A stretch of DNA of 64,000 nt from positions 32,001-96,000 of IMG/VR virus record IMGVR_UViG_3300025030_000054; one strand, written 5' to 3'. Numbering within the stretch: the stretch's first letter is position 1; every line of letters begins with the position of its first letter. Below the pieces are notes generated by a model. The model worked only from the letters and a program-made list of their open reading frames with translations, made no database searches and was not told the origin of the DNA. Below, piece by piece: positions 9,275 through 18,380 of the stretch. Both the position numbers and the translations under genes were made by a program. Source of the DNA: a virus.

Positions 9275-9600
9275 AAAAATATCTTAAAGTTCGTGGAGAG
9301 TTGGTCTACCCAGATAACAAATTCGTTCGTATGACAGTGCTAGAAAATAGTCATGATGGTTATGAGTTTGGTGGGAACTCTGATGGCAGGCTTGGTGGTT
9401 ATGTATTTGTAACTGGAAGAATCAGACTTAGGGCCACTAAAACAGCACTTCCAAGTTTTTATGTAGCTCCTGCAGGCACATATTATGTATGGGTAACTCT
9501 AGGAAACCCAATAGGCGGCTCTATCCTAATACCCATAGAGTACTGGAAAGAAGTTAAAGAAGCTGTTCTAACCTACAACGAATGGGGGAAATCTCAATGA
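9271..9600 (+). CDS. Paralogue-family member 7
   Basis: KYLKVRGEL..TVLENSH..EFGG ... WKEVKEAVLTYNEWG. Confidence 0.9.
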   Translation: MKKYLKVRGELVYPDNKFVRMTVLENSHDGYEFGGNSDGRLGGYVFVTGRIRLRATKTALPSFYVAPAGTYYVWVTLGNPIGGSILIPIEYWKEVKEAVLTYNEWGKSQ

Positions 9601-10211
9601 AACATTTAAAACTACGTGCTGAATTGGATAAGATAGATAAAAATTTCTGTTTTGTGGAGGTAGTTGAGCAGACACATAGGAGGTTAGATTTTGGGGTTAC
9701 TTTTAGTGGAGCCGGTTCTTTTGCTCATGGAGAGATTATGCTAGTGTCTTATGGAGAACCTCAGTGGGTTAACCACGGATTTGGCCGGGGTGGACATTCA
9801 GGGGTAGCCTTCCGGTTGTATGTACGGGGTCATCAAGAACAAAGAGATAAAGATAAAGTGAGAGTACCTACAAACATGTGGCCTAAAATAAAAGCTGCTG
9901 TTTTGGCTTATAATGAATTTTATTCTGGTAATAAAGAGGTGAAGAAAGAGAGTAAGGTAGAACCAGTAGTTAAAGCGACTGTTAAAAGTAAGGCTGATAA
10001 AGAATCTGACTGGGGCAGAATAACCAAAGAGTCTTTTGAGAAGTGCCTTGCTCAATATACTTCCACACTGGACACTGAATTTATTTATAGTGACTCAGTA
10101 GTAGAAGCGCCGCCAAGTCCACGGTGGCAAGCTACAAGGCGTACCTTTAACACTGATTTAAGGGGCTACATTACTTCTGCCTATTTTTTGGATGACCTTA
10201 ATGGCGACTAA
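9597..10211 (+). CDS. Paralogue-family member 8 (C-terminally extended)
   Basis: ATGA overlap at 9597; MKHLKLRAEL..VVEQTH..DFG ... WPKIKAAVLAYNEFY plus ~95-aa tail. Confidence 0.9.
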   Translation: MKHLKLRAELDKIDKNFCFVEVVEQTHRRLDFGVTFSGAGSFAHGEIMLVSYGEPQWVNHGFGRGGHSGVAFRLYVRGHQEQRDKDKVRVPTNMWPKIKAAVLAYNEFYSGNKEVKKESKVEPVVKATVKSKADKESDWGRITKESFEKCLAQYTSTLDTEFIYSDSVVEAPPSPRWQATRRTFNTDLRGYITSAYFLDDLNGD

Positions 10212-10398
10212 AAAACTTATCAGCCTGAGTCTAACAAAAGATGAAATAGCTCTGCTAGACACTCTTGTAATTATTGCAGAAAATAGAGCTATAAACCCCA
10301 AGCAAGTGAACAGAAGTACAGTTATCCGCGACCTTATGGTAAACTCCATGAGAGAGATACAGAGTACTAAAACTTCTCAAGGAGGTAACAATGAGTAA
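10201..10398 (+). CDS. Ribbon-helix-helix (CopG/Arc-like) DNA-binding protein
   Basis: KLISLSLTKDEIALLD ... NRSTVIRDLM: beta-strand/helix/helix pattern. Confidence 0.7.
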   Translation: MATKKLISLSLTKDEIALLDTLVIIAENRAINPKQVNRSTVIRDLMVNSMREIQSTKTSQGGNNE

Positions 10399-10723
10399 AG
10401 AAAATGGGGCAGAAAGGGTGACTGTAACTATTGAAGCACCGCCTAGCTTTTCTGTTGTTGAATACATTGAGTTGGTAAAGCAGGAAGGCTACAAAAATGA
10501 TTACATGAATTTCAACTTCGACCAACTTCTTGAAGATCTTCCTAAAGCCATGAAATCGTTTACAAATGACATAGTAGCCAAAGCAATACTTTCGCATAGT
10601 TATGGAGAGATGCTGGCAAAACATTTTAGAAATTGGGTCAGGGGAAACATGGACGAGACCTTAGAGTACGCTTGTGGTGGGGCTAGCATCGGAGAAGACG
10701 AGGAGGGACTTGCTGAATGTTAA
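10391..10723 (+). CDS. Hypothetical protein
   Basis: AGGAGG RBS; overlapping neighbours. Confidence 0.7.
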   Translation: MSKENGAERVTVTIEAPPSFSVVEYIELVKQEGYKNDYMNFNFDQLLEDLPKAMKSFTNDIVAKAILSHSYGEMLAKHFRNWVRGNMDETLEYACGGASIGEDEEGLAEC

Positions 10724-11310
10724 AAGTAGAAAACATCGGAGTGTTTAATATTGAAGGTGCTTTCAGGGGCATGAGAAATCCTTTGGAAAGTTGGGATAAG
10801 TCGGACAATGGAGGACCGAAAGATTTAGCTCTGGCAAAGAAACTAGTAGCTGCTGGAACGGATCATAGTAAATTCATGAGGCAGATTTTTGTAAGCATGG
10901 ATATCACTACCTCTATGAGTCTTTGGAGTGAACTTGACACATACAAGGTAAGCACAGTAAGAAACAGCACCAGCCGTATGCACCGTCTCGGCTCCAGACT
11001 TTTAACTGCTGAGGATTTTAGTTGGGACAATGAAGAAGGTATTGTAGAATTGACTCCTTACAGAGAATCTTTTCTAAAGGAAATAAATACCCGTATAACA
11101 GTTTGGCAGGAAACTAAGGATAAGAATCTTTGGAGGCAGATAGTTCTTGACCTACCTGCTAGTTATAATTTTCTAAGTACTTGGACAGGTAACTATCAGG
11201 TACTGAGAGCAATTTATCATGCCCGTAAGAACCATAAGCAAAGAGAATTTAGAGAGTTATGTGGCGAGGTAATTGCTAAATTGCCTTACAGTGAACTTAT
11301 TACAGATTAA
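10717..11310 (+). CDS. ThyX/Thy1-like protein (phage type)
   Basis: GMRNP..SWDKSD, HSKFMRQIFV, WSELDTYKV, NSTSRMH, RKNHK; canonical RHR motif absent. Confidence 0.65.
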   Translation: MLKVENIGVFNIEGAFRGMRNPLESWDKSDNGGPKDLALAKKLVAAGTDHSKFMRQIFVSMDITTSMSLWSELDTYKVSTVRNSTSRMHRLGSRLLTAEDFSWDNEEGIVELTPYRESFLKEINTRITVWQETKDKNLWRQIVLDLPASYNFLSTWTGNYQVLRAIYHARKNHKQREFRELCGEVIAKLPYSELITD

Positions 11311-11320
11311 GGAGGAGTCT

Positions 11321-11743
11321 ATGAAAGTCGGTGACATTATAGGGGCTGGAGACGGAACTTTGATAGGCTTAACATGCAGTATTGAAAGTATACAAGGTAA
11401 GCAAATAGATGCTTGGGTTATTAATGGAGAATGGAATATTACTTTCTTTTTAGATAATAGAGCCACTATATGTCACTCTCCAGAAGGTCCAAGAGAGTTG
11501 CCTAGACAGAAAATTATGACAACATTCCCGATTCCTAAAGGACTAAATTATAATGAGCAGTTAGAGTATATGAATAAGCAATTTAGCAGCAGCCCTATAA
11601 TTAGGTATACTACCGGCAAACTCTTAATGGTTAGGATGTGGGCATCTAAAATTCAAGATTCTTTAGCAGCAGCCTCAGTAGCATTTAAAAAGACATGGAA
11701 AGGAGAACCAGAAGATATCTCTGATAGCGATATCCCATTCTAA
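11321..11743 (+). CDS. Hypothetical protein
   Basis: AAGGAGG RBS; ends SDSDIPF. Confidence 0.7.
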   Translation: MKVGDIIGAGDGTLIGLTCSIESIQGKQIDAWVINGEWNITFFLDNRATICHSPEGPRELPRQKIMTTFPIPKGLNYNEQLEYMNKQFSSSPIIRYTTGKLLMVRMWASKIQDSLAAASVAFKKTWKGEPEDISDSDIPF

Positions 11744-11760
11744 AAATTAAAGGAGACTAA

Positions 11761-13119
11761 ATGAAAGAATTTCAAGTGCTTAAAGATATTCAAAATACTA
11801 CCTCCAAAAAAGAAAAAGAGGCCATCTTGTATTGTAATGATTCAGAGACTCTTAGAAAGATGCTTCTGTACTGTTACTCTCCGCTTCTCACGTACAGAGT
11901 TAAACAGATTGATTTTCCAGATAAATATAACACTGTCCAGCCAGATATTTCTGATGAACTGTTCCGACTACTTGACCTACTAGCTACACACACGGTCGGG
12001 ACAAATGACGCTAAAGCTATGATTAAAAGATTGCTAGCTAAGTGTACGGAAGATGGTGCTAATTGGGTTTGTAAAATAATTAGTAAAGACCTTAAGATAG
12101 GGATTTCTGAGTCAACCATCAACAAAGCTTTTCCTGACCTTGTGCCTACTTTTAAGGTTCAATTAGCACTTCCGATGACTGAGCCTAAATCTGGGGAAAC
12201 TAGGTGGGACACAATTACTTACCCTAACTCTTGGATTCAGGAAGTTAAGCTAGACGCTCTTAGGTGCGTTGCTCTGTGTGATGGTGAAAAAGTTATATTT
12301 AGTAGCCGTGAAGGGTTTGAATTTGAGTCTTTAGATTTCCTGGCCAGCGAAGTTTTGAAGTTAGCTCAAGGTCGTGCTATAGTTTTAGACGGTGAAATTG
12401 TAGCGACTACTTACAATCCAAACTGTAAGGTTGCTAAAAAGAACTTTGAAGCAGGAACTAAATGGGTATTTCCTCAATCAAGTAGCATGGTCCGTTCAAG
12501 CAAAGGTTCATACACTGAAGAGGAAATGAAAAGGTGCCTTACCTACGTAGTTTGGGATGTTGTTAGTTACGACTACTTTCTGAGCCAAGGGAAAGAAGGA
12601 ACTTGCAAGCCTCTAAGGTACCGTAAAACTGAACTGGCGGGTATGTTTGAGGCGACTTCTGAACTTTCTAACATAAAGCGGATTTCAAGTAGACCTGTAG
12701 AATCTAAGGAAGGGGCTGTCGAATATCACAAAGAAATGATTGACCGAGACGAAGAAGGCACGATGCTGAAAGATCTTGATGCTGTTTATGAGTTTAAAAG
12801 GTCGCCTACTGTGTTGAAATTAAAAGACTTTTTTACAAGTGACCTGAGAATCATAGGAGCAGTAGAAGGTACTAAAGGTTCTAAGTATGAAATGTCTTTG
12901 GGCACTTTGGTAGTCAGTGACGATGCAGATTTGGTTAGTGAGGTGGGAACTGGAATTGACGACGATCTTAGGTTAAACATGTGGTTCAGGCATAAACGAG
13001 GAGAACTTGTTGGGGGAATTGTTGAAGTAATTTTTCAGGAACGCACGGCAGATAATAGTTTGAGACTCCCTGTGTTCGTTAGAGAGCGTCCTGAAAAAAT
13101 GGAAGTTTCGTGGGGCTGA
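11761..13119 (+). CDS. ATP-dependent DNA ligase
   Basis: Motif I EVKLDALR, III VLDGEI, IIIa YVVWD, IV EGTMLK, V LKLK, OB-fold EVGTG..LRLPVF. Confidence 0.95.
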   Translation: MKEFQVLKDIQNTTSKKEKEAILYCNDSETLRKMLLYCYSPLLTYRVKQIDFPDKYNTVQPDISDELFRLLDLLATHTVGTNDAKAMIKRLLAKCTEDGANWVCKIISKDLKIGISESTINKAFPDLVPTFKVQLALPMTEPKSGETRWDTITYPNSWIQEVKLDALRCVALCDGEKVIFSSREGFEFESLDFLASEVLKLAQGRAIVLDGEIVATTYNPNCKVAKKNFEAGTKWVFPQSSSMVRSSKGSYTEEEMKRCLTYVVWDVVSYDYFLSQGKEGTCKPLRYRKTELAGMFEATSELSNIKRISSRPVESKEGAVEYHKEMIDRDEEGTMLKDLDAVYEFKRSPTVLKLKDFFTSDLRIIGAVEGTKGSKYEMSLGTLVVSDDADLVSEVGTGIDDDLRLNMWFRHKRGELVGGIVEVIFQERTADNSLRLPVFVRERPEKMEVSWG

Positions 13120-13128
13120 TTGGTAGCA

Positions 13129-13148
13129 AAATAGGTAATTACCTAAAT
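13129..13148. promoter_or_regulatory. Palindromic operator-like site
   Basis: AAATAGGTAATTACCTAAAT, before the RBS of paralogue 9. Confidence 0.8.
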
Positions 13149-13165
13149 CTTAAGGAGGGGGTACA

Positions 13166-13540
13166 ATGAAGCACCTTAAAATACGGGCAGAGTACAGACC
13201 TGCCACAAAAGACGTAGAAGTAACTTTATTAGAGCAGTCGCATTTTGGTACTGATTTCGGTAGGATAGAAGATGCTTTTAAGATTGATCCAAAAAATAAT
13301 TGTGTGTTTAAACATAATGGTGTGGCGATTTATAGCCATATCACTTACAATAGAACCCCAATCTATTTTCACAAAAACAAGTACTCAAACGAAGTAAACA
13401 AAATTACCACTTGGATTTGCTTAGGAGATAGTTCCTCAATATTCAAACAAACTAAAGTAGAAAACACAGTGCCGATTGCTGAATGGCCAGCCTTGAAAGC
13501 AGCTATTGAAGCCTACAACGAATGGGGAGTTATCCAATGA
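13166..13540 (+). CDS. Paralogue-family member 9
   Basis: MKHLKIRAEY..VTLLEQSH..DFG ... WPALKAAIEAYNEWG. Confidence 0.9.
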   Translation: MKHLKIRAEYRPATKDVEVTLLEQSHFGTDFGRIEDAFKIDPKNNCVFKHNGVAIYSHITYNRTPIYFHKNKYSNEVNKITTWICLGDSSSIFKQTKVENTVPIAEWPALKAAIEAYNEWGVIQ

Positions 13541-13887
13541 AACATTTAAAAATTAGAGGGGAACTTGTAAAAGAAGCTAAGGATAAAGTTAAAGTAACCA
13601 TTCTGGAACAGACGCATTTCTTTAGAGAGTTCGGTAATGTTACAGATAAAATGGCTGGCTCTGCCTTTATTCATGGAGAAGGGATTTTGCACAGCGACGG
13701 AGAAGAGCCTTTATACAGCGGCAAAAATTCATACGCCGGACCTGACGCAAAGTACTACCACTGGCTATTTGTTAATGGGCAATCACACCACAAAGGCGAT
13801 GTTGTGGAACCTATAACACTAGAGGCTTGGGCAGTTTTGAAAGAAACTGTGAAGGCTTACAACGAATGGGGAGCAGATCAACCTTAG
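13537..13887 (+). CDS. Paralogue-family member 10
   Basis: ATGA overlap; MKHLKIRGEL..VTILEQTH..EFGN ... WAVLKETVKAYNEWG. Confidence 0.9.
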   Translation: MKHLKIRGELVKEAKDKVKVTILEQTHFFREFGNVTDKMAGSAFIHGEGILHSDGEEPLYSGKNSYAGPDAKYYHWLFVNGQSHHKGDVVEPITLEAWAVLKETVKAYNEWGADQP

Positions 13888-13900
13888 AGGAGAAACTACT

Positions 13901-15004
13901 ATGTCGATTTTAGATAAATTTGCCTCACTTATTCCACTTGAAGATTTAGAAGAAGGAGCTAAACAACAAATTTACAACATCCTGAAACTTGACTGTTTAA
14001 AGAAACTTGCATTGATGCCAGATGCCCACCAAGGCTATGATATGCCTATTGGTGGAGTGGCTTTGCTAGACGGATTTATCTCAGCTAGCTTCGTGGGCTA
14101 TGATTTGGGATGCGGCGTATGCCATATAGCTACTGAAGAAAACGCAGAAGACTACTCAAAAGATGATTTACAACACATTTATAAGACTATCCACAAGACT
14201 ATTCCGACAGGGTTTTCTTCACATTATCATTCTAAAGACTATCTTCCTAAGTTTAAGTCTGCGATTCTTGATAAACAGACCACTGACAGAATAGCAGAGA
14301 AGGTTGACTTTCAGCTTGGTACACTAGGCGGTGGAAACCACTTCATAGAAATTGGAAGCAATAGGAAAGGTAAACTGGCGGTAACTATCCATTCTGGCTC
14401 TAGGAATGTGGGACATACTATCGGCGGGGCTTATATGAAGATGGGTCGTATGTTTGAACTTTCTTCGGAACTAGGTCAGTCTTACCTGAGAGACATGAAC
14501 TACGCACTTGACTGGGCTTTGGAAAACAGAATGCAAATGATGCGGAAGGTTTTAGAAGCAATTGGGATTAATAATAAAAATATAACGGTAGTCTTGAAGG
14601 ACGTTATAAACGAGAACCATAATCATGCTGTAGTTACTTCTGAAGGTGTTTTGCACCGTAAGGGAGCTACTCCTGCTGATTTAGATCAACTTGGTATTAT
14701 TCCGGCTAACATGCGAGACGGAGTTTATATTACTAGGGGTTTAGGTAATACCGAATTTTTGTCATCAGCTAGTCACGGTTGCGGTAGGCTTATGGGAAGG
14801 AACGTAGCTAAGAAATCTCTAGACTACGATGAATTCGTAACTCAGATGGAAGGTATTGTATGCTCCACCGACAGAAGCATTTTAGATGAGGCTCCAAATG
14901 CCTATAAAGATGTTAACTATGTGCTTGATGCTCAAGTTGGTAGGACTGTGGAAGTTGTTGATTTTATTAAGCCTTTGCTAAATATTAAAGCAGGAGGAGA
15001 CTAA
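13901..15004 (+). CDS. rtcB: RtcB-family RNA ligase
   Basis: MPDAHQG..PIGG, VGYDLGCG, QLGTLGGGNHFIE, HSGSR, HRKGAT, SASHGCGR, DEAPNAYK. Confidence 0.95.
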   Translation: MSILDKFASLIPLEDLEEGAKQQIYNILKLDCLKKLALMPDAHQGYDMPIGGVALLDGFISASFVGYDLGCGVCHIATEENAEDYSKDDLQHIYKTIHKTIPTGFSSHYHSKDYLPKFKSAILDKQTTDRIAEKVDFQLGTLGGGNHFIEIGSNRKGKLAVTIHSGSRNVGHTIGGAYMKMGRMFELSSELGQSYLRDMNYALDWALENRMQMMRKVLEAIGINNKNITVVLKDVINENHNHAVVTSEGVLHRKGATPADLDQLGIIPANMRDGVYITRGLGNTEFLSSASHGCGRLMGRNVAKKSLDYDEFVTQMEGIVCSTDRSILDEAPNAYKDVNYVLDAQVGRTVEVVDFIKPLLNIKAGGD

Positions 15005-15007
15005 CCA

Positions 15008-15352
15008 ATGAGCAGACACCTAAAAATAAAAGCACAATTAAATCTAGATAAAAAGACAGCAACTCTCACGTGGATTTCTCAAACTCATTTTGGAAGTAAT
15101 TTTGGAAATAGTAGGCCGGTTGGTAGTTATATGTTTGACAGTAGCTCCTTCAATATTGGCAACTTTAGTCTTGTAAGTCATCCTGACAACGAGTTCAGAA
15201 AAGCGAGGTTAAGCCTGCCTAGTAATAAAAATAATAAATGGTTTTTGGTACCTTGTCGAATCAATCCGTGGAATCCAACCACTACAATAGAAGTAGAAGA
15301 CTGGCCTTGGATTAAAAAACTGGTGGAATCTTACAATGAATTTTACAAATAA
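15008..15352 (+). CDS. Paralogue-family member 11
   Basis: RHLKIKAQL..WISQTH..NFGN ... WPWIKKLVESYNEFYK. Confidence 0.9.
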   Translation: MSRHLKIKAQLNLDKKTATLTWISQTHFGSNFGNSRPVGSYMFDSSSFNIGNFSLVSHPDNEFRKARLSLPSNKNNKWFLVPCRINPWNPTTTIEVEDWPWIKKLVESYNEFYK

Positions 15353-15366
15353 GGAGGTACCTAAAA

Positions 15367-15684
15367 ATGATAATTGACTACTGCAAAGATGGAGAAGCTG
15401 TTGGGGATCTTAGTGCTAAAGATTACCTAAGAAAGAAATATGCAGAATACCCAGATTGGCACATTCACACTTCTTCAGAATGTGTTGTTGATGCAGCTAG
15501 GGCCATGGTGGCCGAAGGTGAACTTCCGGCTGATAAAATAAAGATTTGGCATGAGCACAAGTTCGTTAGTAAGATAGATAAATACGGTAAACTGACTCAG
15601 TGGCCTAAAGGACTTTGCGACTTTTCCTTTGATTGCAATGTGAGAATTCTAAAAGCGGCTTCTGTCAATAGGAAAACACCATGA
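15367..15684 (+). CDS. Hypothetical protein
   Basis: AAGGAGG RBS; IDKYGKLTQWPKG. Confidence 0.7.
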   Translation: MIIDYCKDGEAVGDLSAKDYLRKKYAEYPDWHIHTSSECVVDAARAMVAEGELPADKIKIWHEHKFVSKIDKYGKLTQWPKGLCDFSFDCNVRILKAASVNRKTP

Positions 15685-15989
15685 AAATGCAATCTACCAG
15701 AGAAAAATACTTAGTAACTAAAATGGGAATCCAATACAAACACTGCACAGATAACTACGTATTTACTGGTCAGGGTATGTGGACCGAAGGAGAGTATTTT
15801 TACAAACTATTTAAATGGGCACAGAACAGTTCTTGGTGGGGTTATTTGAAAAGGGATTATATAGGCGACGAGGGGGATGGTATTTTAGGCCCGCTTTACT
15901 ATCCTATTGACGAATCCTACATAGACGCTGAGATGCTGGCTAATGCAATCTACTCCTATTTTCTTAAGAAAGAGGAGGTTCCATTTTGA
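15681..15989 (+). CDS. Hypothetical protein
   Basis: ATGA overlap with upstream gene. Confidence 0.65.
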   Translation: MKMQSTREKYLVTKMGIQYKHCTDNYVFTGQGMWTEGEYFYKLFKWAQNSSWWGYLKRDYIGDEGDGILGPLYYPIDESYIDAEMLANAIYSYFLKKEEVPF

Positions 15990-17302
15990 TAGAGGTTAGG
16001 CATGTCGCTCGCGTCCAACTACCTGAAGATGAAAATGTAAAAGCCCTGATTTTAAACCTATTTGCGTACACTTCCAGAAATGGAGAATCTTTTCACAACT
16101 ACTCTTACAAAGATGGAGTAGCATATTTTCCCCCTTGTCTTCCAAAATTAGAGGTAGTTGCTAGTCTGTTAAATGAAACGGTAGTGGATAACAGGAGCCA
16201 TGGGCAGACTATATCCTCGCCTTTCATACTAAATCCAGAATTCACTTTAAGGGATTATCAAGTTGAACCTGCCAGACAACTTTTCGACGACACAAGAGAT
16301 AATAAATCAGCAACTTTAAGTGCAGGCTGTGGAACTGGAAAAACTATAGTGGTATCTCACGCGGCTGGTCGCTTAAATAAGAAGATCCTAGGAATTTTAG
16401 ATCAGTCGAACTTATTCCAAAATTGGGCGATTGCTTTTGATCTTATCTACGGCAAAAAAATTCAGCAACTAAAATCAACGGACATTGTATTCTCAGACGT
16501 ATGCATAACAACGTTTCAGATGCTACACAGGAACCCTGAGTTACTTTCTAGGATTAGGAAAGAATTCGGCTGTCTAATTTTAGATGAGTGCCATGTTGTA
16601 AAGGCTACTACCTTCAAACAAGTTTTATCCAGACTAGATACGCAATACCGTGTAGCATGTACGGCCACTTTCTTCAACAAAAACCTACCTTTAGGGATTC
16701 TTGAGGACTGGCTTGCTCCGGTGTCTGTTAAGATGGTAGATCAATATGCCTTAACTCCAGAGATACGTTGGATAGACACAGGAGTCATTTGGTCTTCAGA
16801 AGAACCTATGGACTATGCTTCCTACGTTCTTCCAGCACTTGCAGCAGATGCCAAAAGAAACGCTGTTATATTTAGTATACTAAAACAATGCCTAGAAGAG
16901 AAACGTAGAACTATAGTTTGCTGCATCACAGTAAAACAGGCTAACTTTCTACATGAGATTATGGTCAAATCTGGCGCACGATCTACCGTGTACACTGGAA
17001 GTACTACTGCTAAGAGGGACTTGGAAGTCAAAACTAAAATGAATTCTGGAGAGTTAGACTTCATTTTTGCTTCCATGAAATTTAATAAGGGAACAGATAT
17101 AGATACAGCGGATTGCATGGTTTTGGTAAGACCCAACAACAATCTTAAAGACACTCAACAATTAACTGGGCGAGTAGTTCGGAAGGTTGAAGGGAAACCA
17201 AAGCCCATAGTTTATGATTTTGCTGATGTAGGTTACTTGGCAGAAATCTTCGTAAGAAACCGTAAAAAGTTCTATAGGAGCCTTAACTACGAAGAAGGGT
17301 AG
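15986..17302 (+). CDS. Superfamily 2 (DExH) helicase, T5 D10/UvsW-like
   Basis: LRDYQ, GCGTGKT, LDECH, TAT, KGTD, QLTGRVVR. Confidence 0.93.
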   Translation: MIEVRHVARVQLPEDENVKALILNLFAYTSRNGESFHNYSYKDGVAYFPPCLPKLEVVASLLNETVVDNRSHGQTISSPFILNPEFTLRDYQVEPARQLFDDTRDNKSATLSAGCGTGKTIVVSHAAGRLNKKILGILDQSNLFQNWAIAFDLIYGKKIQQLKSTDIVFSDVCITTFQMLHRNPELLSRIRKEFGCLILDECHVVKATTFKQVLSRLDTQYRVACTATFFNKNLPLGILEDWLAPVSVKMVDQYALTPEIRWIDTGVIWSSEEPMDYASYVLPALAADAKRNAVIFSILKQCLEEKRRTIVCCITVKQANFLHEIMVKSGARSTVYTGSTTAKRDLEVKTKMNSGELDFIFASMKFNKGTDIDTADCMVLVRPNNNLKDTQQLTGRVVRKVEGKPKPIVYDFADVGYLAEIFVRNRKKFYRSLNYEEG

Positions 17303-17394
17303 GCTAGGGTATGGGGGAGTTAAAAAGTCCCTCTACAAGCAATCCTCGTTCGTTTTAGAGGTGGTTGTGGAGGATAATATGGAGGAGTTTTATT

Positions 17395-17598
17395 ATGAGA
17401 AATATTGTGACTGAAGAAGAGGCAGCTACGAAACGGTGCCCTCAACTCATGGGTAGGTCTGATCTTGTAAATCGGTATTGCAAAGGATCTGACTGCATGG
17501 CTTGGCGGTGGCATTCTGAGGAGACACTAGAGAAGGGCTATGGAGAGAAAACTGTGGTACTAAAATATGGGTACTGTGGTAAGGTGCCTTTAACATGA
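17395..17598 (+). CDS. Small Cys-rich hypothetical protein
   Basis: GGAGGAG RBS; CP..C..SDCMAWRW..GYCG. Confidence 0.7.
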   Translation: MRNIVTEEEAATKRCPQLMGRSDLVNRYCKGSDCMAWRWHSEETLEKGYGEKTVVLKYGYCGKVPLT

Positions 17599-17617
17599 AA
17601 TTGGTAATTACCTAAAA
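17598..17617. promoter_or_regulatory. Palindromic operator-like site (variant)
   Basis: AAATTGGTAATTACCTAAAA before the RBS of 17631. Confidence 0.7.
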
Positions 17618-17630
17618 AGGAGAAAATAAT

Positions 17631-18380
17631 ATGGCATTAGTTTCGGGCGACAGCCATGGTAACCTCAACCGCTTAAAAGCATTCCTGAGATACAAACCTG
17701 AAGAGGAACACATTCTAACAGGAGACCTAATGGACTCCTACATAGCGTCCGACACAGGTATTATAGAGACCTTTCAGTTGTTTCAAAAATCAGATGCATT
17801 AGCAACATGGTCGAACCATGATACGGTTTACCTAAAAAACTGTCCTGGACAACTGATGTGCTCAGGTCATCGTACTAACCCAATTTTCGGTCATCTGATA
17901 AACGGCAGCAAGGATAAATACAGAGGGTCGTTTGTAAGAGATGGCTACCTGATAACACATGCAGGAGTTGTGGAAGAGATTGGTAGTAGGTTCTCTGACC
18001 TAGAATCTTTAAGCGAGTATATAAACACTGAGATAGATAAGATTGTCTATAACGAGGAAATTTGGGTAGATAGTCCTTTGTCGGATGTGTTTAATATCTC
18101 TGTTGTGAGAGGAGGTTACCATAAGTACGGCGGACCTCTATGGGCTGATTACAGAAGAGAAAAATATGATTGCACCAAGAATCAAATCTTTGGACACTCT
18201 CATTCGGAAACTTTGAAAATCTTTAACTACGGAGATGATGAAAACGAGAGGAAGCATGTCGCTGTAGATTGTAGTGAGTTTAGCTGTTTTAACACCAAGA
18301 CTGGCGCAGCAGAGGATTTCATGTTTCCTGCTTTTAAAGATGGTCCTGCGGTAAGAAAACTGTTGGAGGTCGGGTACTAA
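17631..18380 (+). CDS. Calcineurin-like metallophosphoesterase
   Basis: GDSHG, GDLMD, SNHD, THAG, GGPLW, FGHSH. Confidence 0.9.
   Translation: MALVSGDSHGNLNRLKAFLRYKPEEEHILTGDLMDSYIASDTGIIETFQLFQKSDALATWSNHDTVYLKNCPGQLMCSGHRTNPIFGHLINGSKDKYRGSFVRDGYLITHAGVVEEIGSRFSDLESLSEYINTEIDKIVYNEEIWVDSPLSDVFNISVVRGGYHKYGGPLWADYRREKYDCTKNQIFGHSHSETLKIFNYGDDENERKHVAVDCSEFSCFNTKTGAAEDFMFPAFKDGPAVRKLLEVGY

Noticed and set aside
11266-11282. AGGTAATTGCTAAAT as an eighth operator copy
   Set aside because: Inside a coding region and mismatched in the palindrome core; may be chance
1-15352. Paralogue family as the product of a diversity-generating retroelement or integron
   Set aside because: No reverse transcriptase or integrase in the window, no near-identical template/variable repeat pair, no attC-like sites; divergence is not adenine-specific
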